DNA from: Desulfurococcales archaeon
GTDB lineage: Archaea > Thermoproteota > Thermoprotei_A > Sulfolobales > Desulfurococcaceae
Reading direction: 5' to 3'
Assembly: GCA_027022365.1 (NCBI GenBank)
Contig: JALVYU010000007.1
Location: forward strand, 64,001 to 128,000
Length of the DNA stretch: 64,000 nucleotides
The stretch's first letter is position 1. Every line of letters starts with the position of its first letter. Under the pieces are notes generated by a model, which was not told the DNA's origin, did not search any database, and was given only the letters and a program-made list of their open reading frames with translations. The translations under genes and the position numbers were made by a program. Shown one piece after another: positions 30,423-40,322 of the stretch.

Positions 30423-32329
30423 TCGATTACAAGACCCTAGGCCTCAAAGTAGGGCTTGAAATACATATACAGCTGGATACAAAGCATAAGCTGTTCTGCA
30501 ATTGTCCAACAAAACTAGTAGAGGAGGCATCGGAGGATAAGTTTGTTCGGGAACTAAGGCCAGCGAGAAGCGAGCTAGGAGAAGTGGATGAGGCCGCGCT
30601 CCTTGAGTGGAGGAAAGGGGTAAAATACCTCTACCACGCCCCTCGGCCATCTTCATGTCTTGTGGAAGCCGATGAGGAGCCTCCCCACGAAATTAACCGC
30701 GAGGCACTAGTAACTGCTCTCGCCGTAGCTAAGGCGCTCAACATGTATATTGTCGACGAGATACACGTTATGAGAAAAATAGTGATAGATGGAAGCAATA
30801 CGAGTGGGTTCCAGAGAACATCGATCATAGCGCTCGACGGCTATCTATATGATGGCGAGAAAAAGATAGGTATACAGACACTATGCCTCGAAGAAGACGC
30901 AGCTCGCAAAATATCTCAGAGCAAGGGATTCGTTGAATACAAGCTTGACAGGCTAGGTATACCGTTGATAGAAATCGCTACTGCTCCCGATATAAACGAT
31001 CCTGATGAGGCCGAAAGGGTAGCTTTCAAAATAGGGCAGCTTGTACGGCTAACAGGTAAGGCAAAGCGTGGCCTAGGAACAATAAGACAAGACCTAAACG
31101 TATCCATACGTGGCGGCGAAAAAATAGAGATCAAAGGAGTACAGCATCTTTACCTTATTAGCAAAGTCGTAGCATATGAGGCTCTTAGACAAAAAACACT
31201 GCTCGAAATAAGAGATGAACTTCAGAGAAGAGGGCTTACCCCGGAGGATATTGTCAGCGACTTTAAAGATGTATCCGAGATCTTTCGTGGCACGAAATCG
31301 AAGATCATACGCAGAGCTATACAGAGGAAGGATAGTGGTGTATACGCTGTAGTCCTGAGGGGATTCAAGGGCTTGCTGGGTCGTGAAGTACAGCCTGGTA
31401 GGCGCTTTGGAACAGAACTCGCGGACTATGCTCGTGTATGGGGAGGAGTAGGAGGAATATTCCATACAGACGAGCTACCAGCATATGGTATCACAGAGGA
31501 GGAAGTAGATAGGCTGTACGAAGTACTAGGCGCTGATAAAGAGAGAGACGCGATCGTCATAGTAGCTGATAGACGTGATAAGGCGGTCAAAGCCCTAGAA
31601 GCAGTAGTTATGAGGGCCAAGATGGCTTTCCAGGGAGTTCCTCCCGAAACACGTGCAGCGAATCCAGATGGAACGACAAAATATATGAGGCCAAGGCCTG
31701 GCTCGGCCAGGATGTATCCCGAAACAGACATACCGCCCGTACTGGTTGATGATAAGCTTCTCAGTGAAGCAGAAGAACTTGTGCCTGAGCCCTTCGATAA
31801 GAAGCTAGAGAGATATATCAAGGAGTATGGTCTCAGTAAAGAACTAGCAACCACGATACTAAACGATCTAAGGCTCGACCTGTTCGAAGCGCTAGTGGAG
31901 AAATACAGAGAATATGTGAGCCCGACACTTATAGCGTCAACAATAACTAATACGTTGAAAATGCTCAAAGGAGAAGGTGTACCCATCGAGAACATTGAGG
32001 ATAGACATATCGATGAAGTAATGGGTTTAGTGGCCAATAGAGAGATCGCAAAAGAAGCCATCCCCGAAATACTCTCTTATCTCGCCAAAAATCCTGAAGC
32101 AAGTGCACGGGAAGCTGCAAAAGCATTAGGGTTAGCGAGGATCAGTGAGGAAGAACTAGTCAGGATAATTGATGAAGCAATCAAAAACAACTGGGAAAAG
32201 ATAAAAGCGAAGCCCCAGAAAGCCTTCAACATAATCATGGGCATAGTCATGGCTAGGGTTCGTGGTAAAGTAGATGGAAGGACAGTCGCTAAACTGGTGA
32301 GGGACAAGCTTAATTCTGTCCTGGGATAA
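30410..32329 (+). CDS. gatE: Glu-tRNA(Gln) amidotransferase subunit E
   Basis: [35 protein letters not shown]. Confidence 0.97.
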   Translation: MDNMIDYKTLGLKVGLEIHIQLDTKHKLFCNCPTKLVEEASEDKFVRELRPARSELGEVDEAALLEWRKGVKYLYHAPRPSSCLVEADEEPPHEINREALVTALAVAKALNMYIVDEIHVMRKIVIDGSNTSGFQRTSIIALDGYLYDGEKKIGIQTLCLEEDAARKISQSKGFVEYKLDRLGIPLIEIATAPDINDPDEAERVAFKIGQLVRLTGKAKRGLGTIRQDLNVSIRGGEKIEIKGVQHLYLISKVVAYEALRQKTLLEIRDELQRRGLTPEDIVSDFKDVSEIFRGTKSKIIRRAIQRKDSGVYAVVLRGFKGLLGREVQPGRRFGTELADYARVWGGVGGIFHTDELPAYGITEEEVDRLYEVLGADKERDAIVIVADRRDKAVKALEAVVMRAKMAFQGVPPETRAANPDGTTKYMRPRPGSARMYPETDIPPVLVDDKLLSEAEELVPEPFDKKLERYIKEYGLSKELATTILNDLRLDLFEALVEKYREYVSPTLIASTITNTLKMLKGEGVPIENIEDRHIDEVMGLVANREIAKEAIPEILSYLAKNPEASAREAAKALGLARISEEELVRIIDEAIKNNWEKIKAKPQKAFNIIMGIVMARVRGKVDGRTVAKLVRDKLNSVLG

Positions 32330-32338
32330 CTTTTTTCA

Positions 32339-32396
32339 AGGCGATGAAGAGTACTCCCGACAATGAAGGATGATTAGAAGGCATTTGTCGGAGCCC
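32339..32396 (+). ncRNA. Box C/D guide sRNA candidate
   Basis: GGC-G-ATGAAGA(C)-GTACTCCCGACA-ATGA(D')-AGG-ATGATTA(C')-GAAGGCATTTGT-CGGA(D variant)-GCC; two 12-nt guides. Confidence 0.65.
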
Positions 32397-32402
32397 CATT
32401 TA

Positions 32403-32465
32403 ACGATGATGAATATCCCCAGTATGACCGTTAGTGAATGATATGAACACGAGCGTGCTGAGTAT
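32403..32465 (+). ncRNA. Box C/D guide sRNA candidate (tandem with previous)
   Basis: ATGATGA at 32406, guide ATATCCCCAGT, ATGA (D'), guide ...AACACGAGCGTG, CTGA at 32458. Confidence 0.65.
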
Positions 32466-32549
32466 TAAATACTCTTCTAAATCATAGATTATTCTTGGAT
32501 GTTGAGTTTTGGCCGCTGCCGAGCCTATAGCTTGGGGGCTGTGAGGAAA

Positions 32550-32927
32550 ATGGTAGCCGCTGAACATGATAAGCTTAGTAGAGCCTTGGGTAAACTCCTT
32601 GAAAGCAGAGGTTACAGGGTAAGAATACAGAGTGTTACCGAAATGAACCTCATGGGTGAAAAGAACAGGCTCTATGTTATTCATGCGGTGTCAAGTGATG
32701 AAAGAAACATAGTGACAATAAGAATACATGAGAACAATATAAATAGGTTAAGGGTTTCTCTGCGTAGACGTAATGAGGGGCTAAGACATACCCTAGCCGA
32801 TAAGCTCGAGGAGGCAGGATTCAGAGTTACGGTAACCGAGGAGGAGGTTTCGGGTAGTGTAACTGGTTGTGGAGAGCACCTAATAGATAAAATGAGGAAT
32901 GCACTTAACATAATCGAAAGGTCTTAG
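32550..32927 (+). CDS. Hypothetical protein
   Basis: Open frame, likely ATG at about 32550 after GAGG; followed 3 nt later by the next ORF. Confidence 0.6.
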   Translation: MVAAEHDKLSRALGKLLESRGYRVRIQSVTEMNLMGEKNRLYVIHAVSSDERNIVTIRIHENNINRLRVSLRRRNEGLRHTLADKLEEAGFRVTVTEEEVSGSVTGCGEHLIDKMRNALNIIERS

Positions 32928-32930
32928 CAT

Positions 32931-33818
32931 ATGCTTCCTGAACAGAAAGAGCTCCTCGAGCTAATAGTTGAAAAACTAAACAGTGGAAGCACCCAGGCAG
33001 AGATCGCTTCTCAGTTCGGCGTCTCTAAGGTAAAGATCTCGAGGATAGTTAATGCAGGGCTTAAAGAAGGAATCTTCCATAGAACATTCGGTGTTTATAC
33101 ACATTGCTTATTGAAGCCGTCATGGATAATGATCTCCACGGTGAGAACTGGAACTATCAATGTTAATGAAATCACGCCTAAACCGGACCTTATCTACATG
33201 TCAATATTCCCTGTACCAACCTTTTTCATGTACTTTTTCAGAACATTAGAGCCCAAGATCCATACTGGCAGTGTTAAAGTCATTGAATTAAGCAAAATAG
33301 TTGAATCCTTAATAGTTTATGAGCTTACATTTTCGAGACGATTAAGGCTCGATGTATGTGAAAAATGTACTGTTTATGACGATATAGATGAACTCCTTGC
33401 TATAACGATTTTGAAGGATATACATTTTTCCAAATATGATATTGATCTGTATACCTTATGGAAAAAAGTGGGTTTAACAAATATTCATAGTGTAAAATAT
33501 CACTACTATAACCATCTGCTCAATAATCTCGTCTATAAACGATACATTATACGGCCTCGAAACTCTATGCGCGCAATACTGAAAGTCTCATCGCCGTCAA
33601 TGGCTAAAGCTGTATCTTTTATACTCAAACTTTACCATGAAAAAATACTCGTTGGAGTAGATATTTTTGACATAGTATATCATGATCCATTTAGGGCATA
33701 TCTGGTTGCGTGGATAGATCCTATATGTGCTTGGGAAAAACTCTACTCGATCGATCCGCCGAGCCATGTTAAAGTTGAAATATTTCCTGCTAAACTAGTT
33801 TATCCAGTTCAAGAATAA
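32931..33818 (+). CDS. Putative HTH transcriptional regulator
   Basis: N-terminal HTH TQAEIASQFGVSKVKISRIV; second HTH-like segment near LWKKVGLTNIHSVKYHYYNHL. Confidence 0.65.
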   Translation: MLPEQKELLELIVEKLNSGSTQAEIASQFGVSKVKISRIVNAGLKEGIFHRTFGVYTHCLLKPSWIMISTVRTGTINVNEITPKPDLIYMSIFPVPTFFMYFFRTLEPKIHTGSVKVIELSKIVESLIVYELTFSRRLRLDVCEKCTVYDDIDELLAITILKDIHFSKYDIDLYTLWKKVGLTNIHSVKYHYYNHLLNNLVYKRYIIRPRNSMRAILKVSSPSMAKAVSFILKLYHEKILVGVDIFDIVYHDPFRAYLVAWIDPICAWEKLYSIDPPSHVKVEIFPAKLVYPVQE

Positions 33819-33838
33819 TTTCCAAAAACAGTACGTGG

Positions 33839-34777
33839 ATGGTGCTCGTATTGGAAGAAATAGAGTTCAGCAGTCTAGTAATAAACACTATGTCCGATTT
33901 CAAGGAAATAATTAACTTAATCATAGATGTTGCAGATAAGATCGATAAAACATATAGTGGATTAGTATATCGTCCTCCAGGCCTTATTGAAATAACCGAT
34001 TATGAAGAACTATATGTGATCGGCGACCTTCACGGCGATTTCGGGACTCTTCTGGACATTCTATCCTCAGAAGAGCTCCTTGATAGACTAGAACATGATA
34101 ACGTTAAGATTATCTTTCTCGGCGACTATGTTGATAGAGGAGATCAGCAGTTAGAAGTGCTAACAGCAGTGCTTTATCTAAAATTACTGCATCCCGAGAA
34201 AATTGTGGCCTTGCGGGGCAATCACGAAGCGCCACCCCTACTATTGCCATATCCCCATGATTTCTCATCGATTCTGAGAGGCGTATATGGAACAGAAAAG
34301 GGAATATTGATATACAGATTATTCTTTAGGCTTTTCCAAAGACTCCCTGTAATAGCAAGGATTCCGGGAAAAATATTGTTTCTGCATGGAGGCCCGCCAT
34401 CCACTGTTCTTGAAGCGTATAGCTTTGAAGAGGCATTCTCGGTTGGTGTTCCTAGTATTGATGACAATACCCTTGAGGAGATCCTATGGAACGATCCCGT
34501 TGAATCCGATATCACGGTTCAGGAATCACCACGTGGGGCAGGATACATGTTTGGGAAGAAGATCACGGAGAAAACGTTAGAATTATCCGGTACGAGTTAC
34601 ATTGTTCGGGCGCACGAACCATCTTATTATGGTTATAAGATAAATCATGATGGAAAGGTCATTACATTATTTGATGCTAAGATACCAGCTTATGGTATTT
34701 TAAGTGCTGCATACCTGAGGATCAGTAGGGATGCGGATTTAGAGAAAGGGCTTGAAAACTACATCGTTACTATATAA
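33839..34777 (+). CDS. Ser/Thr protein phosphatase, PPP family
   Basis: GDLHG, GDYVDRG, RGNHE, HGG, LWNDP, SPRG, RAHE. Confidence 0.95.
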   Translation: MVLVLEEIEFSSLVINTMSDFKEIINLIIDVADKIDKTYSGLVYRPPGLIEITDYEELYVIGDLHGDFGTLLDILSSEELLDRLEHDNVKIIFLGDYVDRGDQQLEVLTAVLYLKLLHPEKIVALRGNHEAPPLLLPYPHDFSSILRGVYGTEKGILIYRLFFRLFQRLPVIARIPGKILFLHGGPPSTVLEAYSFEEAFSVGVPSIDDNTLEEILWNDPVESDITVQESPRGAGYMFGKKITEKTLELSGTSYIVRAHEPSYYGYKINHDGKVITLFDAKIPAYGILSAAYLRISRDADLEKGLENYIVTI

Positions 34778-35078
34778 CCCAGAAAATCCTTGATCCTTTT
34801 AGCTCGAGCGTTAAAATACCATTCTTTAATGTTTTCTTTATCTTAGTGATCTTAAACCATAATTTATACGACATACTATAGATCTCTCCATTATAATCAG
34901 AAGCATATACATAAATGTATTTACCATCCGTTTTCACTGTAATATTCTCTGGATCAAAACCCTCGACAAACACAATTATTTTAGCCGAGTGAAACCTCTT
35001 CTCTACAATCTCGAAACGTAGCCTATTAGACCATTTAATAATAGGTGAGAGACTCTCCACCGAAACTATCGCCCCCAC
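34770..35078 (-). CDS. Small alpha-crystallin/CS-like beta-sandwich protein
   Basis: EGFDPENITVK and LKNGILTLEL resemble Hsp20 strands. Confidence 0.55.
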   Translation of the reverse strand: MGAIVSVESLSPIIKWSNRLRFEIVEKRFHSAKIIVFVEGFDPENITVKTDGKYIYVYASDYNGEIYSMSYKLWFKITKIKKTLKNGILTLELKGSRIFWVI

Positions 35079-35210
35079 TATATTATGTTAGTATAATAAT
35101 CCCCTAAAACTATTTCATAGTTCAAAAAACTCAGTTAATCTACAAACTCTTTAAATAGGAGACCAATTTATAAGGACGCTAAAACTTACAGTGGTCAGCG
35201 AGAGTAAAAG

Positions 35211-35510
35211 GTGTTTGGAGTGGATGCGGAAATAGCTTTGCTCGAATATCTGGTTGATCTAGCCGAGCAATATCTTGGCGATATAATTGAGGAGGTTATC
35301 GAAAAATACTATTCAGATAAGATAGACCTATCTGAGAGGTACGTGGACGTCCTCGAATTTATTACGGAAAAAATCATCGATGATAGTCTAAATGGTGACG
35401 AAAACCCGGAAAGATTTAAGAAGATTGTGAGAAAACTGGCCGCCAGACCTTACATTGCTAAAATGCTGATTAGTTATTTAATATCAGAATATATCGAGAA
35501 CTATGACTAG
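35211..35510 (+). CDS. Hypothetical helical protein
   Basis: Acidic all-helical ORF; weak similarity to the N-terminus of the next gene. Confidence 0.65.
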   Translation: MFGVDAEIALLEYLVDLAEQYLGDIIEEVIEKYYSDKIDLSERYVDVLEFITEKIIDDSLNGDENPERFKKIVRKLAARPYIAKMLISYLISEYIENYD

Positions 35511-35611
35511 ATAGTTTATGGAATCATTAGATACGAACATTACCCGCTTTATTCTTTCCCCATCTTTATTATCTGTTTTCAGCGGGGTGAGCCATAGTTC
35601 GAAAAGCAGAA

Positions 35612-36361
35612 GTGAAGAAGAAAAGAACTCGCAGGAGAAAGAAGAAAAAGCTCGATATAGACGCGTATGCAGAGGCTATTTTCAAAGACATAGCAGAGTA
35701 CCTAGGACTAGATACTCTGGATATAGATGAAAAGATACAGCACGAAATAGTCAAAGAGGTTATGCATACGATTATCACTAGTTTGAGCTATAAGCCTAAG
35801 ATAGATGCATTGATCAAAAGGATCAATAGACACAGACGGATAATTAACATGATCATTGCTGTTAAAATGCTAGAATCAATACGTAGTCCAACTCCTGACC
35901 AATTAGAATTTATAGTTACTCATGGGGACAGGGCCCTCATTCCAGAGATACCACGTCTATATAGGTTAGCCAAGGATATGAACAGGGAAGACTTGATAAT
36001 AATGTTGAAGAGCCTATGGGAGAAATACGGGCGCCCATCTCCCATAGAGTGCCCGAAATGCGGGTTCAGAGCGATTATGCCGGACCTTACATGTTATGTT
36101 TGTGGCAACATAGTATCTGAAAAATATATCAGAGAGAAACTTAGTTTTGAGGAAAAATTTGAAGAATATGTGAAAAATGCTAGCCTGGCCGAACTAAATG
36201 ATGTAATGAACCTAGGTTTTGTTCTATTGAGTGAAATCGATATTAAAAGTCCCAGATACAGAATAGAGGCTTGGAAGCAGATTTATTATCCAATAAATCT
36301 GCGTCAATCCGACATCGAGAAAATAGTCGAAGAAATGAGAAAGAGGAAACAAGAATATTAA
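35612..36361 (+). CDS. Hypothetical protein with basic N-terminus and Zn ribbon
   Basis: KKKRTRRRKKKK N-terminus; CPKCGF...CYVCG. Confidence 0.8.
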   Translation: MKKKRTRRRKKKKLDIDAYAEAIFKDIAEYLGLDTLDIDEKIQHEIVKEVMHTIITSLSYKPKIDALIKRINRHRRIINMIIAVKMLESIRSPTPDQLEFIVTHGDRALIPEIPRLYRLAKDMNREDLIIMLKSLWEKYGRPSPIECPKCGFRAIMPDLTCYVCGNIVSEKYIREKLSFEEKFEEYVKNASLAELNDVMNLGFVLLSEIDIKSPRYRIEAWKQIYYPINLRQSDIEKIVEEMRKRKQEY

Positions 36362-36395
36362 GGCCGTAGGTGACACACTCAACAGGTGTACGGTA

Positions 36396-36746
36396 TTGAT
36401 AGAGATAAACGCAAGAGATGATTTTGTTAGAGCAATTAAGGCTAATCGAGTAGTGATCGTTGAGTATTTTGACCCAGACAATGAGGATTCAAAAAAGTTT
36501 TACCCGACAATGAAAGATGTTGAAAAACATGTTGATCCGTCAATACTTGTCCTCAGAATCAATATTAAGAAAGCACCAGAATTATCTAATGGTATTCATA
36601 CACTTCCTTGCATAAGAGTCTTCCTAGACGGGAAAATAGTGTTTGAACAACAGGGTGTATTCGGAAGAAGAGAACTTGATCTAATGGTGTTGAGAAGAGG
36701 TATTAGAAGCGTTCTCAGGAGCAAGAATGTTTTGTTAAAAATTTAG
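36396..36746 (+). CDS. Thioredoxin-fold protein lacking the CxxC active site
   Basis: VVIVEYFDPDNEDS replaces WCxxC; TLPCIRVFLDGK cis-Pro strand retained. Confidence 0.7.
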   Translation: MIEINARDDFVRAIKANRVVIVEYFDPDNEDSKKFYPTMKDVEKHVDPSILVLRINIKKAPELSNGIHTLPCIRVFLDGKIVFEQQGVFGRRELDLMVLRRGIRSVLRSKNVLLKI

Positions 36747-37084
36747 ACTTCTAGTTTCTCGAATTTATCCTCCCTGAATAATCTGCGAGAGAGATCTAGT
36801 GCTTCCTTTATATCATTGGGCGATTCTGCGTTCTCAAGTATTCCGAACAACTCCATTACGTAGAGATTTATTTCTCCGCCCACATCTACAATTGCATCCC
36901 TTATTTTCATGGCTATATCTCTCAATTCATTTAGTTCTAGTTTACCCGTGTTTGCTAGGTGTGCTAATAGCTCACCCACTAGTGCTAGGAATCTATTTGC
37001 GTTATATATATCGAGGTCTTCATCGAAATATTTCCTGTAGATGTCCAGTATGGTGTCCAGCTCAATCCTAATCATTTGTGACAC
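36743..37084 (-). CDS. Hypothetical helical protein
   Basis: Plausible ORF with GGTG upstream, divergent from the thermosome gene. Confidence 0.6.
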   Translation of the reverse strand: MSQMIRIELDTILDIYRKYFDEDLDIYNANRFLALVGELLAHLANTGKLELNELRDIAMKIRDAIVDVGGEINLYVMELFGILENAESPNDIKEALDLSRRLFREDKFEKLEV

Positions 37085-37216
37085 CCGTGATCGATTTTCC
37101 CATTTTCGCCTATTTACGTGATCTAAATATTAGAGATTCCCAAGTAAAATTTATATAGAAGCGGTTCCCTCAATACTCAAGGGAAATGTATCTAGAGAAC
37201 CTGACGTGAGAGGTGC

Positions 37217-38869
37217 ATGAGCATGAGCCTTTATGGAATGCCTGTACTTATCCTCAAAGAAGGAGCCCAGCGAACCACCGGCCGTGAAGCTCTCAGAGCA
37301 AACATCATGGCAGCACAAGCACTAGCAGAAGTCCTGAGAACGAGCCTAGGACCACGCGGACTAGACAAGATGCTAGTAGACAGCTTCGGCGACATAACAG
37401 TAACTAATGACGGTGCAACAATTGTTAAGGAGATGGAAGTCCAGCACCCGGCCGCCAAGCTACTTGTTGAAGTGGCGAAGGCCCAGGATGCCGAGGTTGG
37501 AGATGGTACGACCACAGCAGTAGTATTTGCGGGTGCTCTTCTAGGTAAGGCATTGGAGCTTCTGGACCAGAACATACACCCGACCCTTGTAATCGAGGGC
37601 TATATCAAGGCGATGAAGGAAGCACTAAAGATAATCGATGAGTTAGCTATCAAGGTAAACCCGAAGGACAGGGCAACGCTGAGGAAGATCGTAGACACTG
37701 CTGTGTCGAGCAAATATATTGGTAAGGGAAGCATTGAGGAGAAACTAGCCAACATGGCTATCGACGCGGCCCTAACAGTCGCGGAGGAACAGCCCGACGG
37801 AACATTAAAGTTCAGGATTGACGATGTAAAGATCGAGAAGAAGAAGGGAGGAAGCATCCTAGACTCAAAATTAATTTACGGCATCGTACTTGACAAGGAA
37901 GTAGTTCATCCAGGCATGCCGAAAAGAGTTGAAAACGCCAAGATCGCGCTTCTAGACGCGCCTCTCGAAGTGGAGAAGCCCGAGATAACAGCAAAGATAA
38001 ACATTACTAGTCCAGAGCTGATAAAGGCCTTCCTCGACGAGGAGGCGAAGATGCTGAAGGATATGGTTGAGAAGATTGCTTCGACTGGTGCTAATGTTGT
38101 GATTTGTCAGAAGGGTATTGATGAGGTTGCCCAGCACTTCCTCGCCAAGAAAGGAATACTAGCAGTAAGAAGAGTAAAGAGAAGCGACATGGAAAAACTA
38201 GAAAGAGCAACAGGAGGAAGAATAGTAAGCAGTGTCAGAGACCTAACACCCGAGGATCTAGGAGAGGCAGAACTAGTTGAGGAGCGCCGCGTAGGAAACG
38301 ACAAGATGGTGTTCATTGAGGGATGCAAGAACCCCAAGGCGGTGACGATCCTTATCCGCGGAGCAAACGACATGATTCTTGACGAGGTAGAGAGAAGCCT
38401 CAAGGACGCGCTAAATGTCCTCAGGAACGTAATGAGAGAGCCTAAGATACTACCTGGTGGCGGCGCTGTAGAAGTAGAACTAGCGCTTAAGCTAAGGGAC
38501 TTCGCAGCAAAAATCGGTGGTAAGGAGCAATTAGCAATTGAAGCGTTCGCCGCAGCACTCGAAGAGATACCGATGATCCTAGCAGAAACTGCAGGACTAG
38601 ACCCGCTTGAGGCACTCATGAAGCTCAGACAGCTACACAGCGAGGGCAAGGTATATGCTGGTATCGATGTGATTAACGGCAGAATAGTCGAGGACATAAC
38701 GCAGATCAATGTAGTGGAGCCCTCTATAGTTAAGAAGAATGTGATAAAGAGTGCGACCGAGGCAGCGACGACGATCCTCAAGATCGATGATATAATCGCG
38801 GCGAGTCCGCTAAAGAAGGAAGAGAAGGAGAAAGGTAAGGGCGGTGCTGGAAAATTTAGCTTCAAGTAA
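37217..38869 (+). CDS. ths: Thermosome (group II chaperonin) subunit, probably alpha
   Basis: [36 protein letters not shown]. Confidence 0.98.
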   Translation: MSMSLYGMPVLILKEGAQRTTGREALRANIMAAQALAEVLRTSLGPRGLDKMLVDSFGDITVTNDGATIVKEMEVQHPAAKLLVEVAKAQDAEVGDGTTTAVVFAGALLGKALELLDQNIHPTLVIEGYIKAMKEALKIIDELAIKVNPKDRATLRKIVDTAVSSKYIGKGSIEEKLANMAIDAALTVAEEQPDGTLKFRIDDVKIEKKKGGSILDSKLIYGIVLDKEVVHPGMPKRVENAKIALLDAPLEVEKPEITAKINITSPELIKAFLDEEAKMLKDMVEKIASTGANVVICQKGIDEVAQHFLAKKGILAVRRVKRSDMEKLERATGGRIVSSVRDLTPEDLGEAELVEERRVGNDKMVFIEGCKNPKAVTILIRGANDMILDEVERSLKDALNVLRNVMREPKILPGGGAVEVELALKLRDFAAKIGGKEQLAIEAFAAALEEIPMILAETAGLDPLEALMKLRQLHSEGKVYAGIDVINGRIVEDITQINVVEPSIVKKNVIKSATEAATTILKIDDIIAASPLKKEEKEKGKGGAGKFSFK

Positions 38870-38980
38870 GGGAAACACCTATTTTTAGAGCAACTTTTTT
38901 AAAAGACCTATATCATCCCTATTGTCTAGACTTAAAAATGCTTTCTACATGTTATCGAATTAGTTGATGGGCTGATAGGT

Positions 38981-39292
38981 ATGAATAATGGTGAGCAAAA
39001 CATTTGGCCTAAACGTTTAACTCGATATGAGATCGCTAGATTGATCGGTGCTAGGTCTCTACAGTTATCTCTTGGCGCCCCGCCTCTGATTGATCCAAAT
39101 GAAGCCCCCGTTAAGGATCCTGTTGCAATAGCAATAGTAGAATTATTAAGAGGCCTATTACCCATGACTATTCTCAGGATGAGGCCTGATGGAAGCAAGC
39201 AAGCAATCCCAGCAACTAAGCTCCTCGACGAGATTAATAGAAGATATCTTGAAACCACTCTTAAGAGCTGGACTCTCCATAGAATTTATTAA
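38981..39292 (+). CDS. rpoK: DNA-directed RNA polymerase subunit K (Rpo6)
   Basis: LTRYEIARLIGARSLQLSLGAP. Confidence 0.96.
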   Translation: MNNGEQNIWPKRLTRYEIARLIGARSLQLSLGAPPLIDPNEAPVKDPVAIAIVELLRGLLPMTILRMRPDGSKQAIPATKLLDEINRRYLETTLKSWTLHRIY

Positions 39293-40313
39293 TGAACAAA
39301 CTATCAGGGGTACACGGGTTATAGATGTATATGTCAACAGGAATTTAGATGAAGACGAATTTAACAAGATTTATCGCGTCTATGTATCAAAATACGACTA
39401 CATGCCTATCCAGATAAAATACGATCAACCAATGATACGTCTCCTAAAAATCAACAAGAGAAAGAGAAGGATAGTCCAGTTGTTTCTCCTATTAGTAACC
39501 TCTATCACTGTTTTCCTGACAGGCCTGGCATTATCAGAAAGTATATTTGATGCTGCAGTCTATACAGCATGTTTCTTAGGCGCACTCGCACTTCACGAGA
39601 TGGGACATATGATTGCTAGCAGGAGATACGAGGTAATTATTGACGGTCCTTTCTTCATACCGGCTCCCCCAGCCCAGCTAGGATTTATCGGAACCCTTGG
39701 AGCAGTTATTTCAATGAAAACACTTCCGCCTAACAGAAAAAGCTTAGCTGTTATTGGAATAGCAGGCCCGATCTTCGGATTTATAGCGGCGACAATAATT
39801 GGAGGAATAGGGGTTTACCTATCTCAGCTAATAACAGTCGAGCATGCGGCGAAGCTCATACAGGCAAGACAAGCGGCTGAGCTCTCATTCATGCCATTAA
39901 TGCTTCAAATATTAATAGCACTGAGAGGAGTACCTCAGGGATACACTATAATGCTTCACCCGCTGGCCTTTGCTTCCTTTATATTGTTTATTGTAACTTT
40001 TCTCAACCTACTACCTATAGGGCAACTGGATGGAGGCCATGTAATTAGGTCTCTAACGAGTCCACGTACACATAATATGATCTCTTATCTGGTAATAATA
40101 GGCGTACTACTAATTGGGGCAGTATTGATAGAAATGGGCTACACGTCTTTAGGATACTATTATACGTTCCTAGGTTTTATACTGATCCTGTTTAAACTAG
40201 TATTTGGCAGGGGCATTCATCCGGGCCCAGCAAACCAGCTATCATCTAAGAAGCCGTGGTGGATACTACCATTATATCTAGCTATATTAGTATTATCAAT
40301 GCCCGTAGTGTAA
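39189..40313 (+). CDS. Site-2 protease (M50) intramembrane metalloprotease
   Basis: HEMGH, AGP, NLLPIGQLDGGH. True start probably downstream of the ORF-track start. Confidence 0.92.
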   Translation: MEASKQSQQLSSSTRLIEDILKPLLRAGLSIEFINEQTIRGTRVIDVYVNRNLDEDEFNKIYRVYVSKYDYMPIQIKYDQPMIRLLKINKRKRRIVQLFLLLVTSITVFLTGLALSESIFDAAVYTACFLGALALHEMGHMIASRRYEVIIDGPFFIPAPPAQLGFIGTLGAVISMKTLPPNRKSLAVIGIAGPIFGFIAATIIGGIGVYLSQLITVEHAAKLIQARQAAELSFMPLMLQILIALRGVPQGYTIMLHPLAFASFILFIVTFLNLLPIGQLDGGHVIRSLTSPRTHNMISYLVIIGVLLIGAVLIEMGYTSLGYYYTFLGFILILFKLVFGRGIHPGPANQLSSKKPWWILPLYLAILVLSMPVV

Positions 40314-40322
40314 GGGATAGAT

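Noticed and set aside
38107-38865. Long antisense ORFs (e.g. 252 aa opposite the thermosome gene, 211 aa opposite gatE)
   Set aside because: Ser/Leu-rich shadow frames of highly conserved genes.
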